From: Alphaproteobacteria bacterium
Lineage (GTDB): Bacteria; Pseudomonadota; Alphaproteobacteria; SP197
NCBI GenBank assembly: GCA_965228895.1
Contig: OZ245842.1
Location: 1,088,001 to 1,152,000 of the forward strand
Length of the DNA stretch: 64,000 bases
Direction: 5' to 3'
The position numbers were made by a program, and so were the translations under genes. Under the pieces are notes generated by a model. The model saw nothing but the letters and a program-made list of their open reading frames with translations, made no database searches and had not been told where the DNA came from. Every line of letters begins with the position of its first letter. Position 1 is the stretch's first letter. Shown in pieces: positions 10,601 through 20,414 of the stretch.

Positions 10601-11517
10601 AACGTGATCTTCGTGCCGGTGCCGTCCTTGGTGAAGAGCTCCAGCAGCAGTACGTGCGGTACGCGGCCGTCAAGGATATGCGCTGCCTCGACGCCGCCCT
10701 CCATGGCATGCAGGCACGTCTCAAGCTTGGGGATCATGCCGCCCGTGATTGCGCTTGTCTTGAAAAGACGATTGGCCTCTTCGCTCGTCATCTCCGAGAT
10801 CAGTTCGCCATCACCGTTCATGACGCCGGCGATGTCGGTCAGCATGAGCAGCTTCGAGGCATTGACCGCCTCGGCGATCGCGCCGGCTGCCGTATCGGCG
10901 TTGATGTTGTAAGTCTTGCCATTGCTGCCGACACCAATCGGCGCGATGACAGGAATGGCGTCCGAACCCTCGAAAATGCGGAAGACGTCGGCATTAACCT
11001 TCTGCGGTTCGCCGACATAACCGAGGTCGAGGATCTTCTCGATGTTGGAGTCGGGGTCGCGCTTGGTGCGGCGCAGCTTACGCGCCTCGATCAGACGTCC
11101 GTCCTTTCCCGACAGGCCGATCGCCTTGCCACCGGCCTCGTTGATGGATGTGACGATATGTTTGTTGATCGAGCCGGCGAGGACCATCTCGACAATATCG
11201 ACGGATTCCTGGTCGGTGACGCGCAGGCCGTCGATGAACTCGGACTTAATGTTCATCCGTTTCAGCATTTCGCCGATCTGCGGTCCGCCGCCATGCACCA
11301 CGATCGGATTGACGCCGACCTGTTTGATCAAGACGACGTCGCGGGCGAAGTCGCTGGCCAGCTGATCGTCGCCCATCGCGTTGCCGCCATACTTGATGAC
11401 GAAGGTGTGGCCGGAGAAGGCGCGCAGGTAAGGCAGCGCCTCCATCAGCGTGCTGGCGGTGCGCAGCCAGTGCTTGGTCTCACCGATGTTTTTGTCGTCG
11501 ACTTTGCGTATCTTCAT
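10597..11517 (-). CDS. argB: Acetylglutamate kinase
   Basis: VIKYGGNAM, VHGGGPQI, NINADTAA, GGMIPK. Confidence 0.97.
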   Translation of the reverse strand: MKIRKVDDKNIGETKHWLRTASTLMEALPYLRAFSGHTFVIKYGGNAMGDDQLASDFARDVVLIKQVGVNPIVVHGGGPQIGEMLKRMNIKSEFIDGLRVTDQESVDIVEMVLAGSINKHIVTSINEAGGKAIGLSGKDGRLIEARKLRRTKRDPDSNIEKILDLGYVGEPQKVNADVFRIFEGSDAIPVIAPIGVGSNGKTYNINADTAAGAIAEAVNASKLLMLTDIAGVMNGDGELISEMTSEEANRLFKTSAITGGMIPKLETCLHAMEGGVEAAHILDGRVPHVLLLELFTKDGTGTKITL

Positions 11518-11528
11518 AACCGGGTACT

Positions 11529-12182
11529 CTAAGTCAGGGTGGGCGTATCGGCCAGCGCGGCAAACTCGGCCCGTAACTCGGCAATGCCGAGACCCTTTGC
11601 GGCACTGGTGGTGGCAATCGATGAAACTGACGCTGGGCGGCGGGCGATGGCTTCACCGATTTCGGATAGGCGGGTTTCGCGTTCGCCGGCTTTGATCTTG
11701 TCGCACTTCGTCAGGACGATTTGATAGGGCGCGGCGACGGCATCCAGAAAGTCCATGGCTTCGATATCGTTGGCCATCACCCCGCGCCGGGCATCGACCA
11801 GGAGCGCGACACGCCTGAGCGTCTGGCGGTTCTCCAGATAAAAGCGGATCGTTTCGGCCCAACGCGCCATGTCCGTCTTGCCGGCGCGGGCATAACCGTA
11901 GCCCGGCAGGTCGACCAGGCGTAGCTGGGCACCCAGGTCGAAGAAGATAACCAGGCGTGTGCGTCCCGGCGTCTGCGACGTCCGCGCCAGGCTCTTGCGC
12001 CGGGTCAAGGCGTTGATCAGCGATGACTTGCCGACGTTGGAGCGGCCGGCAAAGGCGATTTCCGGCAGGCCCGGCGGCGGCAGTTCTGCAGGCACCGACG
12101 CGGCAGCCTCGAACGCGCAGGGCTGCTCGAACAGCAGGCGTCCGCGCTCAAGCTTGGCGTTGTCGTCAGTCAATTTATTCAT
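11529..12182 (-). CDS. yihA: Ribosome biogenesis GTPase YihA/EngB
   Basis: GRSNVGKSS, DLPGYG, TKCD. Confidence 0.96.
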   Translation of the reverse strand: MNKLTDDNAKLERGRLLFEQPCAFEAAASVPAELPPPGLPEIAFAGRSNVGKSSLINALTRRKSLARTSQTPGRTRLVIFFDLGAQLRLVDLPGYGYARAGKTDMARWAETIRFYLENRQTLRRVALLVDARRGVMANDIEAMDFLDAVAAPYQIVLTKCDKIKAGERETRLSEIGEAIARRPASVSSIATTSAAKGLGIAELRAEFAALADTPTLT

Positions 12183-12206
12183 GGCCGGTCAAGGCCCAGC
12201 AATCGA

Positions 12207-13982
12207 TCAGGAAACGCCCATGCGTTTCATGATGACCCATTGCTGGGCAATCGACAGCAGGTTGTTCCATGTCCAATAGATCACCAGCCCGGCTGGGAAC
12301 GAGTTGAAGATGAACAGGAAGAAGATCGGCATCAGCATAAAGATCCTGGCCTGCATGGGATCCGGTGGTTGCGGGCTGATCTTCATCTGCAGGAACATGG
12401 TGCCGGCCATCAGCAGCGGCCACGCGCCGATCGATACCAGGGCTGGCAAGTAGTCCGGCGCAAACGGCAGCAGGCCGAAGAGGTTCAGGATCGATGTCGG
12501 GTCAGGCGCTGAGAGATCGCTGATCCAGCCATAGAACGGCGCATGGCGCATCTCGATGGTCACAAACAGGACCTTGTAGAGCGCGAAGAAGACGGGAATC
12601 TGAATCAGGATCGGCAGACAGCCGGAGGCAGGATTGACCTTCTCCTTCTTGTACATGGCCATCAGCTCCTGCTGCATCTTCTGTTTGTCGTCTTTGTAAC
12701 GCTCGCGCAGCTTCTTCATCTCCGGCGCCAGTTTGCGCATCTTGCTCATGGCCTTGTAGGACTTGTTGGCCAGAGGGAAGAAAATGGCTTTGATGCAGAC
12801 GGTCAGCAGCAGAATGGCGAGGCCAAAGTTGCCGAGCAGATCCCTGAAGAACAGCAGGACAAAGAAGATCGGTTTGGTCAGGAAATAGAACCAGCCGAAG
12901 TCGACGGCGCGGTCGAACAGCGGAATGTTCAGCGTCTCCGAATAGGAATCGAGCAGCGTGACCACCTTCGCGCCCGCGAACAGATGATCGGTGATCTCGG
13001 TCGTCCCGCCGGCGGGGATCGCGACCCCCTGGCGCAGGAAGTCCGCCTGGTACGTGTCTATGTCGCCTGACCTGAGATCGTGGACAAAGCGGCCGTCGAA
13101 GGGCTGGGTCTGATCCGGCACGAGAGCCGCCAGCCAGTACTTGTCCGTGATACCGATCCAGCCGCTGGTCGACTTGTAGTCAAGTTTGCCGTCGTCTTCG
13201 TCAATAACATCGTCATAGTCGATCTCGGTCAGGGTCTCGTCGAAAACGCCGATCAGGCCTTCATGCAGGATGTAGAAACCGAGTGTCTCCGGCGTGCCAT
13301 AGCGCTTGACCAGGCCGTAGGGAAACAGCGTGACCTGACTACCGGAGTTGTTGGTCACCGACTGGGTGAGGGTGAACATATAGTTCTCGTCGACCGATAT
13401 GGTACGCTGGAAGACCAGGCCCTCGCCGTTGTCCCAGGTCAGGTTAAGCGGCGAGCCCGGCGTCAGTTCCGTGTCCGAGGTCTGCCAGACCGTATCTTTC
13501 GTTGGAACCTTCGTGTTTTGGTCCTGGGCCAGCCAGCCGAACTCGGCCCAATAAGCGTCAGGGCCGCCGACCGGGGAGAACAGGGTCACCTCCGGCGACG
13601 AGGGATCGACCGTTTCGTGATATTTGACCAACGTCAGATCATCGAGCCTGGCTCCGGTCAGCGAGACGGAGCCGTGGAGGCTTGGCGTATTGATGTTGAC
13701 GCGCGCACTTTCTGCTAAAGCCTCATCGCGGGTCACCATGGCGTCTGGATCGGGCGTCGCAACCGACGGAATGGCGGTTTCACCGTCGCTGCCTGTTGTC
13801 GCCGTGCTGACATCGGGCAACACCGCGTCGGATTGTTCGGTCTGGGTTTCGGCCTGCTGCTGTTGCTGCGCTTCGATCAGCGCCTGCTCGCGCTCCATGC
13901 GCGGGAGCTCGTAAAGGAACTGGTAGGCGAAGAACATCACCAGGATGATCGCCATGGCAATCCATACGTTCTTTTGATCCAT
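12207..13982 (-). CDS. yidC: Membrane protein insertase YidC
   Basis: TDKYW, VDFGWF, GCLPILIQIPVF, GLVIYWTWNN. Confidence 0.97.
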   Translation of the reverse strand: MDQKNVWIAMAIILVMFFAYQFLYELPRMEREQALIEAQQQQQAETQTEQSDAVLPDVSTATTGSDGETAIPSVATPDPDAMVTRDEALAESARVNINTPSLHGSVSLTGARLDDLTLVKYHETVDPSSPEVTLFSPVGGPDAYWAEFGWLAQDQNTKVPTKDTVWQTSDTELTPGSPLNLTWDNGEGLVFQRTISVDENYMFTLTQSVTNNSGSQVTLFPYGLVKRYGTPETLGFYILHEGLIGVFDETLTEIDYDDVIDEDDGKLDYKSTSGWIGITDKYWLAALVPDQTQPFDGRFVHDLRSGDIDTYQADFLRQGVAIPAGGTTEITDHLFAGAKVVTLLDSYSETLNIPLFDRAVDFGWFYFLTKPIFFVLLFFRDLLGNFGLAILLLTVCIKAIFFPLANKSYKAMSKMRKLAPEMKKLRERYKDDKQKMQQELMAMYKKEKVNPASGCLPILIQIPVFFALYKVLFVTIEMRHAPFYGWISDLSAPDPTSILNLFGLLPFAPDYLPALVSIGAWPLLMAGTMFLQMKISPQPPDPMQARIFMLMPIFFLFIFNSFPAGLVIYWTWNNLLSIAQQWVIMKRMGVS

Positions 13983-13993
13983 GACGGCGGGCC

Positions 13994-14233
13994 CTAGTGC
14001 TTGCCCGGTGCATGGGGCACCGGGTCATAACCGTCGCCGCCCCACGGGTGGCAACGCGAAAAACGGCGAAATGCCATGACACTGCCGCGCAGGGGGCCGT
14101 GAAGCCGGACGGCATCGAGTGCATATTCCGAACAGGTCGGCAGGTAGCGGCAGGAGACCGGCGTGAAGGGCGAGATGCCAAACTGGTAGAATCGCACCAG
14201 CCCGATAATCAACCATGACGTCAGTCGCTTCAC
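13994..14233 (-). CDS. yidD: Membrane protein insertion efficiency factor
   Basis: [24 protein letters not shown]. Confidence 0.95.
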   Translation of the reverse strand: MKRLTSWLIIGLVRFYQFGISPFTPVSCRYLPTCSEYALDAVRLHGPLRGSVMAFRRFSRCHPWGGDGYDPVPHAPGKH

Positions 14234-14598
14234 GCTCTTTCCCTCGACGTTCGATGGACGCGCTCCAGCGCCGTTTCAAGATCGTGGCGCAAAGCGTCAA
14301 AGGGTCGCGTCAGCATCGCCCGGCGGGCGATCATGACATAGTCCATATCGGGCGCCGCCAAGGGTACCAGGACCTCTGTGGCAAGGGCCCTTAAGCGCCG
14401 GCGCGCCCGGTTTCGTGCCACCGCGTTGCCGACCTTGCGGCTTGCGGTAAAACCGACCCGGCAGGCGCTATCGCCAGATTTGGCCGAATCGCGTGTCTTG
14501 GCCTGCAGGACGAGGCCCGGCGTTACCGCCTTGTTTCGGGCTGCCGCGACACGCAGAAAGTCGCTCCGCCGCTTGAGACGCGCAGGCCGGGGCGGCAT
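14230..14598 (-). CDS. rnpA: Ribonuclease P protein component
   Basis: [31 protein letters not shown]; start moved to MPPRP. Confidence 0.95.
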   Translation of the reverse strand: MPPRPARLKRRSDFLRVAAARNKAVTPGLVLQAKTRDSAKSGDSACRVGFTASRKVGNAVARNRARRRLRALATEVLVPLAAPDMDYVMIARRAMLTRPFDALRHDLETALERVHRTSRERA

Positions 14599-14602
14599 AA
14601 AA

Positions 14603-14737
14603 TCAGGCTGAGAGACGCTTGCGCCCTTTGGCGCGACGGCGGGAAAGGACCTTGCGGCCACCGACCGTTTGCATCCGAGACCGGAACCCGTGACGACGTT
14701 TCCGGACAAGCCGGCTTGGCTGGTAAGTCCGCTTCAC
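14603..14737 (-). CDS. rpmH: 50S ribosomal protein L34
   Basis: Manual translation from GTG: [44 protein letters not shown] (44 aa, too short for the ORF track). Confidence 0.98.
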   Translation of the reverse strand: MKRTYQPSRLVRKRRHGFRSRMQTVGGRKVLSRRRAKGRKRLSA

Positions 14738-14795
14738 CGTTTAGTCTCCACATACTTCTAGAGTTGAGAGGTTCGCCTACGCGAACAGCCGGCGC

Positions 14796-14824
14796 TGTAT
14801 AGGTGTTGGGCCTGATCGTGTCAA
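14796..14824 (-). promoter_or_regulatory. Sigma70-type promoter of the rpmH operon
   Basis: Minus strand TTGACA-N17-TATACA about 60 bp upstream of rpmH. Confidence 0.7.
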
Positions 14825-14991
14825 CGCCGCGCCGGGCCCTCGGATTGGGCCCTTTTTCGTCGTTCCCAAGTGATCACAAGCGCTTGACAGGGCCTTTCAC
14901 TTCACCCGCCGCGCCGCCATAAAGACATGAGTACCACGCGGCATCCTCGCTGCGGTAGGTTTGTATTACGCTTGGGTGCCTGGTGGACGGT

Positions 14992-15738
14992 ATGAGCGAG
15001 AAGACGGCGGTGGGGGCTGCCAAACGGTCTCCCCTTTGGAAACGCCTTCTGCCCCTGGCCTTTTTGGTCGCGGTGCTGATCGCTTTTTTTGCCACCGGCC
15101 TGAACGACTACGCCACGTTCGATACGCTGAAGGAAAACCGTGAAACGCTGTTGGCGTTCGTGCGCGACTACTTCATCTTCGCGATCCTGATCTATGTCGT
15201 CGGTTACGCGTTCTTGACGGCCGCCTCGGTGCCGGTCGCGTCGCTGGTGACCATTGCCGGCGGGTTTCTGTTCGGCAGCTATCTCGGCACCTTCCTGACG
15301 GTCCTGGCGGCGACGATCGGCGCGACCACACTTTTTCTGCTGGCGCGCACCGCGTTTGGCGAAGCGCTGCAGGAGCGCGTCGGCCCCTATATCCGTCGCA
15401 TGGAGAAGGGGTTCCAGGAAGACCAGGCAAACTACATGCTATTTTTGCGTCTGGTGCCGGTGTTTCCGTTCTGGGTCGTCAACCTGGCGCCGGCCTTTCT
15501 GGGCGTGTCGACACGGGTCTTCATGATCACGACGTTCATCGGCATCATCCCGGGCACGGCGGTCTTTACAATTGTCGGCGCTGGTTTGGGATCGGTGTTC
15601 GACCGCGGCGAGTCATTTTCGATCGACAGCGTTTTGACACCGGAGATTTTGGCAGCTCTGGCGGGACTTGGTATTCTCGCCTTGGTGCCGATTGTGGTGA
15701 AGAAGTTACGAAAGCGGCGTGCAGCGTCGTCAGAGTGA
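14992..15738 (+). CDS. TVP38/TMEM64 (VTT/DedA) family membrane protein
   Basis: ATIGATTLFLLAR, LRLVPVFPFWVVN, GIIPGT. Confidence 0.9.
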   Translation: MSEKTAVGAAKRSPLWKRLLPLAFLVAVLIAFFATGLNDYATFDTLKENRETLLAFVRDYFIFAILIYVVGYAFLTAASVPVASLVTIAGGFLFGSYLGTFLTVLAATIGATTLFLLARTAFGEALQERVGPYIRRMEKGFQEDQANYMLFLRLVPVFPFWVVNLAPAFLGVSTRVFMITTFIGIIPGTAVFTIVGAGLGSVFDRGESFSIDSVLTPEILAALAGLGILALVPIVVKKLRKRRAASSE

Positions 15739-15805
15739 GGACGCTATGCGCCATCCAAGGGGGCGGTGAGCGCACAATCTTGGCATGATGAGGAGGAAAT
15801 CTGCT

Positions 15806-16273
15806 GTGAATTGGAAGACGACCGGAGTGACCACCTGCCTGGCAACCGCCGGTTTGGTTTTTGGACTGACGGCCAACGCGGCGGAACAACCAACGGTTAT
15901 CGATCTGACCCAAACGGGCTGTCAGTTCATTGAATCGGAGAACAACGTCGATCGCGGCTTCATGCCGACCGAAAAGGCCGATTGTGAAGCGATCAACGAT
16001 GAGTCCGGCGAACAGCGTTTGTCCGAAGCCGAGCCCCTGCGCTTGAGCCCGGGCAAGTACGTCTTTCGTGTCACCAACGAAGACGTACCCTATATGCTGG
16101 GCTTCTATCTGAGAGCCGAAAGCGCGATTGAACGTCCTTTCCTGCCGTCGACTTCCGGCGGCGGCCTGCACGAGGGCGTGACCCAGGACTACGAGATTGA
16201 GCTGGAGGAAGGCGAGTACGTCTATTCGTGCCCGCTAAACACCACGCCCGACTACGTCCTGATCGTCGAATAG
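15806..16273 (+). CDS. Secreted protein, possibly cupredoxin-like fold
   Basis: AGGAGG RBS then GTG; signal peptide ending ANA-AE; GEYVYSCPLN C-terminal strand pattern. Confidence 0.6.
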   Translation: MNWKTTGVTTCLATAGLVFGLTANAAEQPTVIDLTQTGCQFIESENNVDRGFMPTEKADCEAINDESGEQRLSEAEPLRLSPGKYVFRVTNEDVPYMLGFYLRAESAIERPFLPSTSGGGLHEGVTQDYEIELEEGEYVYSCPLNTTPDYVLIVE

Positions 16274-16313
16274 GCCCGCAGGGTCCAGGTCGCATTGATC
16301 AAGGCGGTCCAGC

Positions 16314-17738
16314 ATGAGCGGTGACCGCTTTGATATCTGCGTGATCGGTGCCGGGTCTGGCGGCCTGTCGGTCGCCTATGGCGCCAGTCACATGGGCGCG
16401 AAGGTAGCCTTGATCGAGCGCGACCGGATGGGCGGCGATTGTCTGAATTTCGGCTGTGTCCCGTCAAAAGCGCTGTTGGCCGCCGGTCACGCCGCTGAGG
16501 TCGTGCGCGATCCCGAAGCCTTCGGCGTGGCTGGCCACGAGCCGGAAGTCACCTTCACCAGGGTTCGCGATCACATCAAAGACGTCATCGCGACCATCGC
16601 GCCCAACGACTCCGTCGAGCGTTATGAGGGGTTCGGCGTCCATGTCATCAGCGACCACGCACGGTTTGTCGGTCCAGACGAAATCGAAGCCGGTGGTGAA
16701 CGCCTGAAGGCGCGACGCTTCGTCATCGCCACCGGCAGCCGCGCCATGGTGCCGCCGATCCCCGGCCTCGACACCGTGCCGTTCATGACCAACGAGACGG
16801 TGTTCGACAACGGCGAGCGGCCGCAGCACTTGATTGTCATCGGCGGCGGTCCAATCGGCTGTGAGCTGGCGCAGGCGCACCGTCACCTGGGCTCCGACGT
16901 CACCGTGGTGGAGATGTTTTCGATCCTGCCCAAGGATGACGCCGACTTCGTCGATGTTGTCCGCCAGCGCCTGATAGGCGACGGCGTCAATCTGGTCGAA
17001 GGCGCCAAGGTGCAGTCGGTCGCGATGCACGACGGTCAGATCCGCGTCACCGTCGAGCGCGACGGTACAGTCGACCACATCGACGGCAGCCATCTGCTGG
17101 TCGCCGCTGGGCGCCAGCCGAACATCGAGAACATGGATCTGGAGAAGGCGGGTGTTGCCTATGAACGACGCGGTATCACCGTCGATCGGCGGCTGAGAAC
17201 GTCGAACTCCAGGATCTACGCAATCGGTGACTGCGCGGGTGGTTTTCAGTTTACCCACGTTGCCAACTATCACGCGGGCATTGTGATCAGGAACGCGCTG
17301 CTGCGTCTGCCGGCGAAGGTCAACTACAAGGCGCTGCCGTGGGTCACCTATACCGATCCCGAACTTGCCCATGTCGGCATGACCGAAGAGGAAGCGCGTC
17401 GCGAGCACGGTGATGCCCTGCGCGTCCTGACCTTTCCCTATCACGAGAACGATCGCGCCATCGCCGAGCGCGAGACGACAGGCATGGTCAAGGCCCTGGT
17501 TTCGAAGAAGGGCAAGATCCTGGGCGCGACCATTGTCGGCGCCCATGCCGGCGAGATTATTCACCCGTGGGTCCTGGCGATCAGCAGCGGCCTCAAGATT
17601 GGCGCCATGGCCCAGATGATCGCGCCCTATCCGACCATGGGTGAAATCAACAAGCGGGCGGCGGGCAGTTTCTATACGCCCAGCGTCTTCGGTCCACGTA
17701 TGAAAGCCGTGGTGCGGTTTCTGGGCCGCTTCGGCTAA
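16314..17738 (+). CDS. Pyridine nucleotide-disulfide oxidoreductase (dihydrolipoyl dehydrogenase/mercuric reductase-like)
   Basis: GAGSGG, GGDCLNFGCVPSK redox disulfide, GGGPIG. Confidence 0.9.
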   Translation: MSGDRFDICVIGAGSGGLSVAYGASHMGAKVALIERDRMGGDCLNFGCVPSKALLAAGHAAEVVRDPEAFGVAGHEPEVTFTRVRDHIKDVIATIAPNDSVERYEGFGVHVISDHARFVGPDEIEAGGERLKARRFVIATGSRAMVPPIPGLDTVPFMTNETVFDNGERPQHLIVIGGGPIGCELAQAHRHLGSDVTVVEMFSILPKDDADFVDVVRQRLIGDGVNLVEGAKVQSVAMHDGQIRVTVERDGTVDHIDGSHLLVAAGRQPNIENMDLEKAGVAYERRGITVDRRLRTSNSRIYAIGDCAGGFQFTHVANYHAGIVIRNALLRLPAKVNYKALPWVTYTDPELAHVGMTEEEARREHGDALRVLTFPYHENDRAIAERETTGMVKALVSKKGKILGATIVGAHAGEIIHPWVLAISSGLKIGAMAQMIAPYPTMGEINKRAAGSFYTPSVFGPRMKAVVRFLGRFG

Positions 17739-17788
17739 CGCGATTCCCAAACATGGCCCCGATGGGTCGTGATGGCGTACACTGGCGC

Positions 17789-19258
17789 ATGGCCAAGTCC
17801 AACATAGAGATGCCGGGATTGTGGCGCGGGCTGTCGGCGCGGTTGATCGTGCTGACCGTGACCTTCGTCATGCTGGCTGAGATCCTGATCTTCGTGCCGT
17901 CGGTCTCGCGTTATCGGCTGAACTATCTGCAGCAGCATCTGGATGCCGCCTATCAAGCAAGCTTGGTCGTGCAGGCTGCGCCCAACGGTGTCGTCTCCAC
18001 CGACCTCGCCTATGAACTCCTGGACTATGTCGGCGTCAACTCGATCGCGCTCAAGATGGAGCACGCGTCCTACCTCATGCTCGGCCGGCCACCAACGGTC
18101 GTGACCAGCTACGACCTGGATAGTGCCAGCATCTTCCAGTTGATTGTCGATGCGCTCGAAGCGATGGCCGCGCCGGAGGATGGGCCCATCCGTGTCCACG
18201 GCACGCCCAGTCGGGTGGACGGTGTGACTGTCCAGGTCACGCTTGATCCCGATGCCTTGCATCAGGCGGTGCTGGAGTTCGGCACCCGGATCCTCATTCT
18301 TTCCATCTTGATTTCTTTCATCACGGCGGGGCTGGTATTTTTGGCGCTGCAGCGTTTGATGGTGCGGCCCATCCAGCGCATGACCGAAGACCTGATCGCC
18401 TTCCGCGAAGCACCGGAAGATGTAACGCGAGGAATCGAGGTTTCGAACCGCCATGACGAGATCGGGATCGCCCAGCGAGAGTTGGCGGAGATGGAGCGTG
18501 GCCTGCGCGCCGCGTTGCGCCAGCGCGCCCGGCTTGCCGCGGTTGGCTCTGCGGTCAGCAAGATCAGCCATGACCTCCGCAACATTCTGGCGACAGCGGC
18601 GCTTGTGTCGGACCGGCTGGGTAGTTCCGAAGATCCGCAGGTTCGCCGCCAAGCACCTCTCGTGCTGGATGCGATCGATCGCGCGGTCAAGCTGTGCCAG
18701 GACACGCTCAGATTCGCGCGCGCCGACGAACCGGATTTGGACATTCAACGCTTTGAGCTGGCACCGCTGGTCGACGAGGTCATGGCGTCGCTCGGCACAA
18801 CGCCGGAGCAGGCCATTACCTGCCACAACGAGATCGATGCGTCGGTTGTCGTGCAGGCCGACCGCGACCAGTTGTTCCGTGTGATCATGAACCTCACGCG
18901 AAACGCGGTCGACGCCATGGCGCGCCAAGGCGGTGATCTGACGATTTCCGCGTCACGCGGTGATACCGCGACATCGATCGATGTGGCCGATAGCGGCCCG
19001 GGCATCCCCGATCGCATTAGAAGCCGGCTGTTCGAGGCGTTTTCGGGCGGCGCGGGCGGTACGGGTCTGGGTCTTGCCATCGCGCGCGAACTTATGCGCG
19101 CCCATGGCGGGGACCTTGTCTTGCTGGCTACCGGCCCCACCGGCAGCACATTCCGCATGACGCTACCTAGTCGAGACGCAGGCAGAAGAATTTCAGATAA
19201 GTCGACTCGGGAAGCCCGGGATGGATCGGATGATCAGGACCTGCGCCAGAGCGCCTGA
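17789..19258 (+). CDS. HAMP-domain sensor histidine kinase
   Basis: Two TMs, HAMP (DEIG), H-box SHDLRN, NLTRNA, DSGPGI, GTGLGL. Confidence 0.92.
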   Translation: MAKSNIEMPGLWRGLSARLIVLTVTFVMLAEILIFVPSVSRYRLNYLQQHLDAAYQASLVVQAAPNGVVSTDLAYELLDYVGVNSIALKMEHASYLMLGRPPTVVTSYDLDSASIFQLIVDALEAMAAPEDGPIRVHGTPSRVDGVTVQVTLDPDALHQAVLEFGTRILILSILISFITAGLVFLALQRLMVRPIQRMTEDLIAFREAPEDVTRGIEVSNRHDEIGIAQRELAEMERGLRAALRQRARLAAVGSAVSKISHDLRNILATAALVSDRLGSSEDPQVRRQAPLVLDAIDRAVKLCQDTLRFARADEPDLDIQRFELAPLVDEVMASLGTTPEQAITCHNEIDASVVVQADRDQLFRVIMNLTRNAVDAMARQGGDLTISASRGDTATSIDVADSGPGIPDRIRSRLFEAFSGGAGGTGLGLAIARELMRAHGGDLVLLATGPTGSTFRMTLPSRDAGRRISDKSTREARDGSDDQDLRQSA

Positions 19259-20366
19259 CGACCCGTCCGTCGCGCCCTGAATCCCGCAAACCCAGCCTGA
19301 TCTGCTCTAGCAGCAGATCCTCCAACACGTGATGGGAACAGCTGGCGATAGCCAGCCAGCCGTCCATGTCGACGAGCCGCGCGGCCAGCCGAGTCAGTTT
19401 GCGATAGCCCCTCGCGCCGGATTTCAGATCCTTTTTCGTGCGCACGAAGGCCGGGGGATCGCAAATCACGATATCGAAACGCTCGCCGCGATCGCGCCGC
19501 GCTTCCAGTTCACCGAAGGCATCGCCCTGGGCAAAGCTGCAGTGGCCGATCACGTTGTTTTCGTCGGCAGCCTCGCGGGCCAGGTCCAGCGCGGCCTCGG
19601 CGCGATCAACCATGGTGACCGCCCGCGCGCCCGACTTGGCGGCCGTAATGCCAAACCCGCCGGCATGGGCATAAACGTCGAGCACGCTCTGACCCTTAGC
19701 CAGGCCCGCCATGAAACGGCGGTTGTCCCGTTGATCAAAGAACCAGCCGGTTTTCTGGCCTGCGATCGGGTCGGCCAAGAAGGAGCAACCGTTCTCGACC
19801 ACACCGACAGGGCCCTTGGGATGGTCGCCGATGACGTCGACATGTTCGTCAAGCCCCTCAAGATGGCGTACCGGACTGTCGGCACGCACGATGATGGCGC
19901 GTGGCGACAGACAGTCTTGCAGTGCGGCGACCAGGTCGTCGTTCAGGCGATCCATGCCGGCGCTGTTGGGCTGCATGACGACGACATCGCCCAGCCGGTC
20001 GACGATCAGGCCGGGCAGGCCGTCAGCTTCTGCGTGAACCAGGCGATAGTAGGCGCTGGCGAACAGTGCCTCGCGCATCGCGAGCGCCGATCGGATGCGA
20101 CCAGAGAGAAAAGCCCGGTCGATCTTGGCGTTGGCGTCGCGACTCAAGAGACGCGCGGCGATCAACGAATGCGGGTTGAACATGGCGACGCCCAGAACGT
20201 CGCCGCCGTCGTTCAGGACACGCACCAGACCGCCAGGCGCCAAAGCCTTGGCGTCCTGGTCCATGGCAATTTCGTTCGAATAGACCCAGGGGTGGCCGCT
20301 CTGGGCGCGCCGCCCCATGCGGGGCAACAGCTTGATCGGCGGATAGGCGGCGTTCAACGGCTTCAT
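19167..20366 (-). CDS. RlmI-like SAM-dependent rRNA methyltransferase
   Basis: GHPWVYSNE PUA domain, EADGLPGL, GQKTGWFFDQRDNR, DPPAF. Confidence 0.9.
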   Translation of the reverse strand: MKPLNAAYPPIKLLPRMGRRAQSGHPWVYSNEIAMDQDAKALAPGGLVRVLNDGGDVLGVAMFNPHSLIAARLLSRDANAKIDRAFLSGRIRSALAMREALFASAYYRLVHAEADGLPGLIVDRLGDVVVMQPNSAGMDRLNDDLVAALQDCLSPRAIIVRADSPVRHLEGLDEHVDVIGDHPKGPVGVVENGCSFLADPIAGQKTGWFFDQRDNRRFMAGLAKGQSVLDVYAHAGGFGITAAKSGARAVTMVDRAEAALDLAREAADENNVIGHCSFAQGDAFGELEARRDRGERFDIVICDPPAFVRTKKDLKSGARGYRKLTRLAARLVDMDGWLAIASCSHHVLEDLLLEQIRLGLRDSGRDGRVVRRSGAGPDHPIHPGLPESTYLKFFCLRLD

Positions 20367-20414
20367 CTCTCGTCTGCTATGCTGGCGGCGCTGACATAAC
20401 AGGCGGGATCAGGG

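Noticed and set aside
8216-10912. 898-aa plus-strand ORF
   Set aside because: Antisense shadow of dapE, dapD, HAD and argB, typical of high-GC DNA
16314-17738. Mercuric reductase merA
   Set aside because: Lacks the C-terminal Cys-Cys pair and mer operon neighbours
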